A stretch of 64,000 nt of DNA from Ascidiella aspersa (taxonomy: Eukaryota), in assembly GCA_963924565.1 (NCBI GenBank), contig OZ004610.1:31620001-31684000 (forward strand). Reading direction: 5' to 3'. Below, in pieces: positions 40,301 to 52,300 of the stretch (within the stretch, counting starts at the first letter, position 1; every line of letters begins with the position of its first letter). The position numbers and the translations under genes were made by a program. The notes below the pieces were generated by a model, which saw only the letters and a program-made list of their open reading frames with translations, had not been told where the DNA came from and ran no database searches.

Positions 40301-43300
40301 TTATTTTTAAGCTACATTACACTTCCATGCATAGTGTTTCCATGTAATAGAAAAGTTTGAAATTATTTAAAAAGTGCTTCGGCACAATAGGCACGGATCT
40401 GTAATGTAGCTTGATTATGAATTGCAAAGTCAAATAGTTCAACTGAATCGACATCATCTCAATTAAGACGTTTCCATACGAGATTGTTAACTGTAGATGA
40501 TACAAGTTCGTATCGAAACGTCTTCATCAAGATGATGTCGATCTACTCGACCTTTTTGACTTTGCAATTCATTATCAAGCTATTTAAAATGTAAGTTTGG
40601 TATAAAAGTGAAGATATAAAACATCTAATGCTAAAAAAAAGTCGATGTCGCTAGCCGCAGAATGTACTCTGGTCCTGAATTTAACACCAATCAGAAAAAT
40701 ATTGTTTTTGAAGGGCACGATTTTTTTTTAGACGTGACGTCATAAGTTACGTCAAAACGTGACGTCATAAAGTTTCGTCCTGGGTTGTAACCAAGAACTC
40801 CACACACTTCGTTATCATTTTTAAGTTTAGGATAAAGAGATGTTTATTTCAAAACCAATGCAACATTACAAACATGTTATCGATTAGCGCAAAGCGAAAA
40901 AACGCCTTTATATCGTTTAAGTTGCACGAAAAGATATTTCGAGGGCATTTTCTTGGTATTGACAAAGCCTTTTATTTTATACCTAAATGCTAGCTAAAAA
41001 AACAATTACAAGTAAGTGTGGGTATGCAGTAAGTTAACCATGCTTCTGTTTATTTCAGCTATCAGAGAAGACGGGATGCCGGGCGGAAGAAATAAAAGCA
41101 TCGGACCTGTGCAGGTACGCAACAACTTCTTATGCTTGGCAAGAGAAAATGCCACAATTTGTGGAGGTTTCGCGAACCGGACTGCTCCCATAGTTAGAAA
41201 CCGCTGCCCTAAAGTCAACTCGGCACTGATCTGGAATCCTACCACAACGTTAAACATTATTTGGTTTAGAAACTTTAGAGTTTGGGTTGGGTTGGGTATT
41301 ATCATATTTATTCTCCCAATTTCCATTTTTAGACTGGTTTCGTAGGTAATTGTATTTCGGTACTGTAAAAAAAAGGTGGTAGGATTCTATCCAAGCGTCT
41401 GCAAATCCCTAATACGACTTTAAAAAAGCGACAAATGCAACTTACCCCGGAAAATTTTGCGCCCTAGTGCCAATGGAAAAGCGTTTCTCTCCATAGCGGA
41501 TATATAGCGACCGGTGAAAGACACACACACGCATATGTGTTTAATAGAGACCGGTGGTGCTATATTCTCCGGCGTCCGTCAGCGAACATTTCGCACGTAA
41601 GCGCAACGACCACATGCCTTCCCATATCCGATCAAACCGGGGCCGCTCCGTCGCTGTGAGTTTGCCCGCTCGCAATATGCGATGGCCGCGAAGGCGTAGC
41701 TCACATTGAAGCGACCTTACAGTGCGCGAGATGATTGTTTGTAGAAGGAAGCCGCCCTCTCTCCCACCAGCTCGACGCAAAGCGCGTTTTTAAGACTGCT
41801 CCGTAAACGCATGGTTGTATTGCGTTGTGTAAAAGCAGTTTTTTTTTCAACTTTGTGGGTGGCTGTGTACGACTATAAGTAGTGTTATAAGCAAGTCGTT
41901 TTGAAATGACTTAAGTCCCAGTCAAGTCATTTGTGGAATAACTTAAATCCAAGTCAAGTCTTTTGAAAAACTAACAAGCCAACTCCCAGTTTAAGTCATC
42001 AATTGCCCAAGTTAAGTTATTGTTGGAGCAAGTCGTCTCCAAGTTAAACCACTAAAATAATAATAAAACGATAAACCATTGAAATTGGTAAACTCGTCCG
42101 ATTATGAGCAATAATTCGACCAAAACAACAATACGCGACAATCTGATCGTTTAACCTACAAAACTTGAGATAAATAGCTTAATTTGATAATAAAATCTTA
42201 AATGAAAACACTTAAATTTCAACAAATGTCATTTTTCCAAAAGGTTTAAGTCAAGTCATTTTGCCGAAAGTCAATTCAAGTCATTTGAAAACAGTGACTT
42301 AAGTGCACTTAAGATAAGTTAATGACTTAAGTCATTACAACAATGCATCTCAATCTTCTGAGTATAGTTTTCTATTACCTTGAATCGTTTCAAATCACTT
42401 TTTACTAACTGACATAATGGCAAACGCACGACAGATGCTTTATCGACAAAATTGACAATTATAACCGCGAGAAAACTTGAACGCGACCCACCGCCGCCAT
42501 TTTGTTTCCGTGACGTCACACCCACACGCTAAAGGCCGACCGCCATTTTTTTCGTAGATCTCAGACGAGGAAATCGAGCGCATTCTCTCGGGCAAGGATT
42601 TCGAGGACGAAGAACGGCAACAACAACAACAACAACACCAACAACAGCACCAACAACAGCAGCAACAACAACAACAACAGCAAATGATCACAGGCGATCC
42701 ATCCAACAGTCCATACCCGTCGCTCACCCACCCTGGATACTTGCCTTATCTCCCACCTAACTCGGCCGGGCACAACGCAGCCATTTCGATTGCGAACAGC
42801 GCGGCGCCTTCGCCCATCATCAACGGTTTTCGCGGCGCCGGTAACGCCACCGGCGCCGTCCGGACCAGCAGCGCCACCGGCGTCCCGGCCTCCCTGGCCT
42901 CCCGCAACTTCCAGGCCGGCGCCACCAACGCCCCCTCGCAATTCGCTCAGCAACCGCCGGCCGGCATACAGCAAAGGTGAGCCAGTTAGGGAAAATATTT
43001 TGAGAGGCGATTAATGTTTACCGCAAAGCTATAATTTAAAATTAGGTCAAAATATATTTTGGGTTTAAACTTGACAAAATTTTTACTTTTTGGAATATCT
43101 AATTGTTTTCACCTTATACTCAAACTCGAAGCTTATCGTACTCGTATTGAAATAATTCTTTACTCAAATAATTCTTTACTCAAATAATTTTTACTCATTG
43201 CTTTTTACCCGTTTAACAGCCTTACGTCGACTTCAACAATGTGGCACTAGAGTTTTGCGTAAACACGAGAAATTGCGCGAATTCAACAAAAATTGATGCT

Positions 43301-46300
43301 TAATTTTATCAACGTCAATAAAAATGATAATTTTTAAGTGTACTTAAATGGTATTAAAATCGAATTAAACGTGCGCTGTGTTTAGAATCTCATTTTAAGT
43401 TAAGGAATCACGCGAGTTAGACAAAAGACACACGCATTTTGTCCATTAAAATGGTAATTCACATAATTCAATAAAACGAAAATCGATGCAACATAAAATA
43501 TTTCCTGTCCTGCTGTAGGCACTTTTCCCTTCCCAACACGCTAAAGTGCACGTTATAACCGCAAATGTTGATGCATTAACCCTTTTAAGAATCCTAGCCG
43601 TTTTCTTGTAGCATTAGCAGTTGTATCCGCTTTTTGTGTTGTAAGGATGCCTCTCTGGCGTGAACAAATTGCCCAATTCACAAGTGCGGTGCGATTTGCA
43701 TTTAAGTTGTACGACGTCGCGTCGCTTTGAAATAAATCGCTCTTGTTTCCTTAAATCCGGTTCGCAATGGGCAGCAAAAGAATGTAATGTCGATTAATTG
43801 GAATAAGCCATTAGTTAGGATATGTCGTTCTGTGGAGCGCATACACGGCCTATACAAAAGAATTCCGCCGTGGCGTTTGGATATGCGCTAAACTGCGGAC
43901 GGTTGAAATTTCTCGTGATAAACGAACGACATCGTATCAACTTGCGAAATGATTGCGCAAAAAATTTTAAAATTGCTGCTGCTGCTGCTGCACTTTTTTT
44001 GACCCAAGTCGAAAACAAAATGCGAACCATGTTGGCGTCGGGTTCGCCCGCCAGTCACGACACTCTGTTTTTATTGGGTGGACTGTTGACCCATGTGATT
44101 GTGAGGTTTACAGTTGGTGTTGGCGGTTCGGAGCCCAGCAAGTCATCGTTCCTTTTGTTATTTTTTTTTAAAACGAATGCGTTGGTTGTAGGACTGTATA
44201 TTATTCGCCCCTGTTTGACAGTATTTGTTTGGCTGGAAATTTTTTTCTGCTTACAGTTGGTTTACAGTTGGTGTTTGCGGTTCGAAACCCCCAAGTCATC
44301 GTTGTTTTTTTGAAAGAATAAGAATGCGTTGCTATATTTGTTTTGCCCTGTTTGACAGTATTTGTTTGGCCGGCTATTTTTTGCTGCTATCTGAGATTAG
44401 CTTGGGTTTATTAAGTCGCCTTGTTCACGGCGTTTTGTTTTTTACGCAGGGACAACTCGTACTATCCGGGATACGGACAAACCTACCAACTACCTCCACA
44501 CCTCGCTCAATATGCAATGTACAAAGGTCAAATGCAGAGGTAAGTTAAAAAAAGACTTGCTATTAGTTCTCGCTCTTTTAATTTCGCTCCATAGTTTTTG
44601 CCTGGAGTTATTTTCAACGAGATACAGTTTTATTGCTTAAGCTTGCCGAGATATACTTTGAACTCTTTAGGATTCTATTGCTTGCTGCATATTATTAAGG
44701 TGCTTGATTAAAGTGTACGATTAAAAAAAACATAAATCAAGAAATATTTAATAAAAAAAAACGTTTGCGAAATAATGAGAATGCCCATAAACAAGTATAT
44801 CTCCATTTTTTTGTACTTTCAAGTTTTTAGGCTTATTAGGTATTACGAAATAATTTCAGTTATCTGCTATAACTATAACATAAGTAGGCGCTGTTGCGGC
44901 TAAATTTTTCCGCAAATTGTCCTCCCCCCCTATAACGGTCGCGTTTCCCCTATAAGTCCCGCTATGGAAGGCGTGCAATGCGTTGCATCCGCCCCTGCCG
45001 AAGCCGCGCATCTAGGATACTTTACCTTTTCCGCCGCCTAAACGCGCTTTTAATCAACTGCTGCCAAATTCAAATAGAGATAGATGGCCCCTGGCTGTTA
45101 ATTTTTAAATTTGTTCGTTTTGTACGTACCGATAATTTTTAGTGTACTAATTTGGTTCACTGGCACGGGTGCGTGGGTTCATTGCAGTGTTTTATATATT
45201 ATTAAGTTAGCGTTCCAATACTTTATAGAAAATTGAAAAAAAAGATTCATTCATCAAATTAAACTGAAGATAATACAAGCTCGTATCAAAACGTCTTAAT
45301 CAAGATGATGTCGATCTATTCGACCTTTTTGGCTTTGCAATTCATTTTATCAAGTTAAATTACAGAACTGTGCATAGTGTACCCATATATAATCTTGATT
45401 TAATAAAATAGGTAAAGCTACAAAAAATACTTCTTCATTTTTAACAAAACGTTACAGCCTTTCCAAAATTATGCATTTTGTACCCAGGAGATATAGAGCT
45501 TATTTAAAGATCATTGTCTTTGCCTAAAAATGCTAAAAACATTTCGCTCTTGAAAGAACAAGCTTGTAACCCATGTTTACTAAGGTTTCAATTAAATTTA
45601 CATAAGAAAGAACATAGACTTCTAACTGACCCTATAGTCCAGCATAACCCACTTAACCGTCCAACTTTTATCAAATAGAGATCGCTCGATCGGCCCTTAC
45701 TCCGAACTGACCAGCGCCAGTTTAGTAGCCCAGCTCGTTCAGGCCGAAGACACAGCGAATCTCGCCTCAATCAATTCACAGCTCGCATCCAAGGAAGGAC
45801 CCGTTTATAAGGTGAGATCATCGGCCTTGGGTTGAATTGTTTTAATTATTATAGAGAACCAGGTGTGAATGCGAGTGTGAATTGGGTCTGAATATCTAAA
45901 TTCATCCCCTGCTTGAAACGTAGTTTTTTTTTGTCTGTTGTGACAATTAGAAATTTTTGGATTTTTTTCTGTTTTTTAAGGTATAAAAATCGTTAAAGTG
46001 TTAAATTGTCATTCCGGCATAATTCTGTTATATAAAGTACCAACGTTTTCGCAATATATTGCCTACAAAAGATTGCCCGAATAGACGGTCGAAACGTTGG
46101 TATATAATTTAATAAAATTTTGCCGGAAGAATAATTTTACAATTGCAACAATGCCTGGCAGCAACAGTATATTCATTCTATAAATCGCTGTTGCGAATGA
46201 TTTACAACCAAGCTTTTCCCCATACAGGGCGAACTGTTCGGTTTTCTATGCAAAGTCGCCGATGAGATGCTTTTCCGTCAAATCGTCTGGATCAAGAAGT

Positions 46301-49300
46301 TGCCATTCTTCGACAGCATTTCAATCAAAGGTAAGCCCCCCCCCCCCTCCAAACAAACACACACTTACACAATCTCATCTACAATTCTACACACTCACAC
46401 TTACACTTACATACACACACTCAAACACACGCACCCTAACTCTCACACACACTTACACAATCACATATACAATTCTACACACACACACTTACACAATCAC
46501 ATCTACAATTCTACACACACACACTTACACAATCACATCTACAATTCTACACACACACACTTACACAATCACATCTACAATTCTACACACACACACTAAC
46601 ACTTGCACAAATACTTAAACTTAAACTCACACTTACATCTACACACTCATACTCGCACTCACACATAATCACACTCACGCTCAAAATTACACTCAAAATC
46701 ACCATCACACTCATACTAACACTCATACACACTTATACAAGTACTCACACTTACATCTACACTTACACACACACTCACCACTCAAACTCACACTCACACT
46801 CACAATCAAAACACACACTTACCACTAACACTCAAAACACACACTTACCACTCACACTCAAAACACACACTTACCACTCACACTCAAAACACACACAATA
46901 GCTCTTTAATTTATTCATTTGTTCGCTTGTATACGTTTGCGTTTACTTCAAGTTGTAGCAGTAGCGGCGTTAATTGCACGATTCGGGAAAATGTCGAATT
47001 CCAATTGCTTCCTGATCGACGAAGAACTTGAACCTGTACTTGGGCGAAAGTGAAAGCTATTTTTCCCCTTGTTGACGCTGCTATAGGAGCCAATTGGCTT
47101 TACAGCGATGCTTTGCTGGGAAGTTGTACTGTTAACAACCCGAATAGTGTCGACGATTGACGCTTTTCAGTCGACCGATTTGGGAAACAAAATATCAAGC
47201 TGTTTGTGGAATTGACCGAAATATTGGAACGGCGCATTTTAAAAATCTTTGTAAACACAAGCTTTTAAACCTACAAAACAGTATAGACTTTCTTGTCTCA
47301 GTCAAAATCAGTCACTATAGGTTCTAGTTTAGAAAAGAGAAATATATTTCGTCAATCACGGCATCATCAGTCTCTTATTGAAATAGAACTTTCAAACCTA
47401 TAGCTAAAATGTCGAAACAACGAAATGCAATCTTTGTCGAAATTTAAAGATTCTCAATAGATTTAAAGCGGCTGCACACTATAAAAACGGGCTTGCTGTT
47501 GTTATGTTAAAGTCTTGAACTTTTTTTCCCGCGACCCTCTAACAAATTAAGTTTCTCCCTAAGGGGTACATGGACCACAGTTTAAGAACCCCTTTGGCAA
47601 ACAGTTAAAAAAACAATGGCAATCTTGTGTAATCTATACAAGTATACGTTTTTCAGATCACACCACTCTGCTGAGCACAACGTGGGCCGAGATAATCCTC
47701 CTGGCCGCTCTTTGCGTCCATGAGGAACAACTCTTCGGAGATCTTGCCGACATCACGGCCAAGTACATTCCGGACAGCGAGGAACTATCGAGGTGAGCAC
47801 AAATTCTTTTTCGCCGCTGTTTAAAGCCAAACTTTTTACGATTACCAAAGGTGGCATTCGCGTGGTAAAATTGTAAAATTGTTCTTCCAGCAAAATTTTA
47901 TTATAAAATTGTTATGTCGGCAAAATTTCTTTAAAGTACCAACGTTTCGACCACCTATTCGCAATTATATTGCCCTGAAGAAGATTGCCAGAATAGGTGA
48001 TAAAAAAAATATAATTGAAATAAAAAAAATAAAAAAAATAAAATTGAAATAAAAAAAATAAAAAAAATTATAATTGAAACAATGCCTGCAACAGTATTCA
48101 TTGCGTGATAAAGTTCTATGGTATTTTGCGGAGTGTCGATCGTCCCGTTGTTTTTTAAGAGAAATAGGTTCTTCGCCATTTAATTAGGGTTGGTGATAGA
48201 CTTGTGTGGCGCAGAGAACGGTTTCTATCTATGAAACATTTAAGCTATTACATTTAAGGAGCATAATGGTTGTAGTAAGACGTAATAAGAATATCAAAGC
48301 CCATACAAACATAGGTATCACTTATATATATACAGTAATAATCAGTGCCTTCTCACTATGTTAAAACGAATGCAGATTTATTCGAAACGTTCAAATTGCT
48401 ACTTACTTCTGTATGGGCTTTGATATTCTTATATAAATTAAATTTCGTTGAAAAGTGCGCGAGGTTGTAGTACGTTGCTATTTTGTCACGGCACGCTTTG
48501 TAGAAAAAAGATATATCCAAAATATCGTGCAAGGCCATCTCTGCCTGTAGTTTATTTTACCGTAATCTCCAAATGCCATATCATATTAGCAATACACCTG
48601 ATTAAAAATAACCGCTTTGACGTGATTGGAGGTCCCGTGACCGGAAACCGTTTCTGTGACGTATCACACCGGTCGTGACGTAACTGTTTGTGACACGGGC
48701 GCTTTGAGACGGCCTTAGCGTTAGCACGCGCACCAAGATCACATAAGGCAGTGACCTCTGTAGGTTGAAGGTCGGCAAAGGCTCAAACCCGAGTCACCCG
48801 CGCTTGAAATCAAGTGTCAGGCGTTTGCCCTTCTGATTTGGCGAATGTGTACAATTGCCTGTTTAATCGTCACTGACCAGACGCGTATACCACAACACAC
48901 TGCTGCTGGCAGTTGACGCTATAAAGTTCAACCGTCGGTCAGCTGCCATTAAGTTATATATTTGTCGCCAATACTCGATGATTGTCGTTTTGGTTGCGTG
49001 TTAAACCCTCTTTGAGCACATTTTATTGCAAATTGAAGCTACGCAGGTGATCTGAAAAATAACCGAATATCTTGAATTGATTTTGAATGTAAGTTTAAGC
49101 TCAAATCTAACGTAGGTGGAATTGCACTTTGACGTAAAAATATCAAAGCACCCTTTGATACTGGAAAGCATATGGAAATTTTTGTGATAGATTCTAAGTA
49201 TTTCTAATAATTCTTTATTTGTTTTGCAACATATTGTCGAAAGCGTTTAACGAAATTAGAAACGGACGTATTATTTTTTTAGCAATCAATTTATCTCGCT

Positions 49301-52300
49301 TCAAAGTTACCAAATACACAACGGTTAACCAGGGTTGCGAAATCCACTATACAAACGTGACGAGCGCAGGGAAAACTAAATTGATGTATAAAACAGTTAT
49401 ACAACCACCTCTTAGTCCTACTTTTGCAAAGATGGGTCGCTTCCAATGCGCTAAGGCAGTGTTTTTCAACCCTTTTCCCCGGCGAACTGAATGCTAAGCG
49501 GCCTAATCAATTTAAACGGCGGGCCAATTAAAAAACTACACTGCGCTAAGGTGACCCTGACTCTAAAAAATGGCGAAAGCGGCGTGCAAAGAGTGGATTG
49601 CGCAACTTACAAAGACTCGGCGCTTTAAGGAAGTAGCGAAGCGTGGAGGTGGCGCACAAAGCTCATCCCATCTCGTGAGCTTCCTGGCCGCGCTGTTATT
49701 GATCCACCGTTGTCGTCGCTGTCTCTAAAGCCGAGTATACGGGCTCCTGGAAAAAGCACAATGACGCATCCCGCGCATGATGCTCTACACTCTTCTCCGC
49801 CTCTTTTAGCCGGTCTCTTGCTGTGTGTTGACAGGAAAGTCAAAAATTCCCGCTTTCGCAATACCGTGGTGCCTGTTGTTGTTGATAAAGCCCCGGGGTT
49901 AACTGAACTGACGGGAACCCGTGGCCTTTCTCCTCGGGGAAAACCGCCCTTTCGTCATAAACAGAGTAATCTTCGAGTTTATGAACAGTCGAAACTGACG
50001 TTTTAATTAGGATTGTGCGTCTCGTAAAACTTTCAAGAAAACCAAAAGAGTTAAAGATCCTAAACTTTTGTAAGCGTGCGTTGCCTTTATCGCAACGTTA
50101 TAATGATTTTTGCAACTAGCTTTGAAATTCAAGCAGCGACAGTTAACAAAAAGTCAAATGCGTTTTCATCCACATTTAAACGCCCGTTTTTTAATAAATA
50201 TGAACAAAATCTACTGCATTTCGCAACGAAACGCTTTACACTTCACGCGGCAGTTAAAAAAACGCTTTTAGGCTAATGTGCACTTGCCAGACTCTCCTAA
50301 CCTTCTAATGTCATTGCTGCGGTCGCCCGAAACCGATTTATCATTTGCAAGGCCCTTAAAACTGGCGCTCGGGTATTCTATATTCTATTCGCGCGTGAGT
50401 AATACATAGATCAAGTCAAAAGCGGCGAACGGTCCTTCCGCGTTCAAGGCGGAAGTCCCTATTAAAAGGCGACGATAGAATGGCTGGCGAGCGCCGCAGT
50501 AAACGGAGAAGCGCTGGCGCATTACCATCAAGGCTTCCCCCGTCCCCTTACACGTTATCCATCTTGCTGGCCAACCAACGCCGGCCTTCGTTAACGCTTG
50601 TACGGCGTCGGTGACACGGTCGCGGTAACACGCCAAGGCATAATGCATCACGCCGGCCCGTTTTCTTTTTGCAACTTGCGATGCATTGACACCTTCCGAT
50701 CCGCGGCCCTTAATGGATTTTCGCCCATACACCACTCAATATACTAAAACTGGCTCCGGGAATGGATATAGAGAGCAGAAGCGGCTCTTAGGCTTTTCCT
50801 TCGGCGTTGCCCGTCCTTCCTTATCGCAACTTCCCACTTCTATTTAAGCACCCACTTCGTGCACATCCATCAGCCACGCGCTGATTTAATTTTAACCACC
50901 GCGCGTTTTTTAGCCACCAGTTCATCCATCTTCCCCGGCAAGACACGGCGCTGGTAACCGAACGTGCGGTGGTCGGTCATATGCGTTGGTGAAAACCTAA
51001 AGGCCTCTGCCCATAATTGTAATCGAAAGGCTGCTACCAAAGTAATTATCACGTCGAAAGCGGTGCGACAAATAAACGAAAAGTGGTTGAAAAATGGAGT
51101 GGCGTGGGTTGCACAAAAAATTGCACAGGAGAAGTACAGAGCTAGGGTAGTAACCTCAACAAAATTCTGTATGGGCTTTTTCTACACTTACACCTTGAGT
51201 CCAGCATTTGTGTTTAATAAACTCATTTTGTTCTGCTTTACTCTGACGGTTGAGTTTTCAGAACTCATTTAAAAATGTTCGGTACTGATCAAAAATTTTT
51301 TGGCTTGATTATGATTTGCAAAGCCAAAAAGGTCGAGTAGATCGACAGCTGCTGTAAAAATTGATTATCAAGTTACATTACACATCCGTTCATAATGTAC
51401 CTAAATCATTTTTTTAACTTTTCCATTTTTTAAATCGTTCTGCCTCTCCTTCATTCAGGTTCACCGACTACGAAATGGAGATTCTGGAGCGAATGACCTT
51501 CCTCTACCAAAAGTTCTCGCATCTTCGAATCGACAAGGAAGAATACGTGATCATGAAGGTCATCAACTTCCTCAATCAAGGTCAGTGAGCTCAGAAGTTT
51601 TTTTTTTTAATTTTAGAAAGATATAACATTTGTTAGTACTTATATTTGTAAATGGCCGTATTCGTCTAATTCTAAGTAGGGTAACCATTAGAAACTGACC
51701 TGATGAAGCACGGTTGTGCAAAAGCTTGTCAAGATTTTGATACCATCTGTCTTTATGTAGTGTACCATTTTACCCTATCTTTATATATCTTAAAAGGCCG
51801 CACTTGTCTATCCTAAGTTGGTTAATAAGATGGCACGATATAAAGGCAATTGTATTAAATTCCCGACAAACTTTCGCAGAACCGTGCTTCATCAGGTCAA
51901 GGATTCTTGCTTGTTTACCAATTTTTCTAAATTGCCGTATTTTGTCTAATTCTAAACAGGGTAATGGGGTGGCACTGTATAAAGACAAATTGTATTGAAA
52001 TCTTATTAGTACTTTTACCCGATGTCTTAGATCAATGTAAACTTTACCAACAGCAGTTCAAGTACTATATGTGAACGCGGCAGTACTAATTGTACTTATG
52101 AAGATTAATCTTTCTAAGACGCATATGGGTTTAGTATATGCGGGTCTGAGGCACCTGTTTTGCTCGTCACCTGATATTTGCACTTTTGATAAACATCAGC
52201 CATGGCTGCCTGACTCATTTCGCACACCGCTAACCAGTCACACCGGGCACGTCAACGGAAGGTAGCTAAGGAAAATAACAAAACTTCCAGATGACTTATT

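Noticed and set aside
41885-42335. AAGTCAAGTCA arrays as GCNF DR0 elements
   Set aside because: They lack the AGGTCA half-site spacing and belong to a dispersed repeat family.
34319-42557. mir-181 hairpins, as hosted in vertebrate NR6A1 introns
   Set aside because: No AACATTCA-led mature sequence in a hairpin was recognised on either strand.
42440-42974. Minus-strand poly-Cys/poly-Leu ORFs (also 59005-59274)
   Set aside because: Antisense shadows of the CAA/CAG poly-Gln exons.
43220-43260. Possible extra exon after gtttaacAG
   Set aside because: In-frame TAG after nine codons and no good donor; exon 4 joins exon 5 in phase without it.
46262-46618. His/Thr-rich ORFs
   Set aside because: Read-through of exon 7 into a CA-rich intronic repeat after a strong GTAAGC donor.
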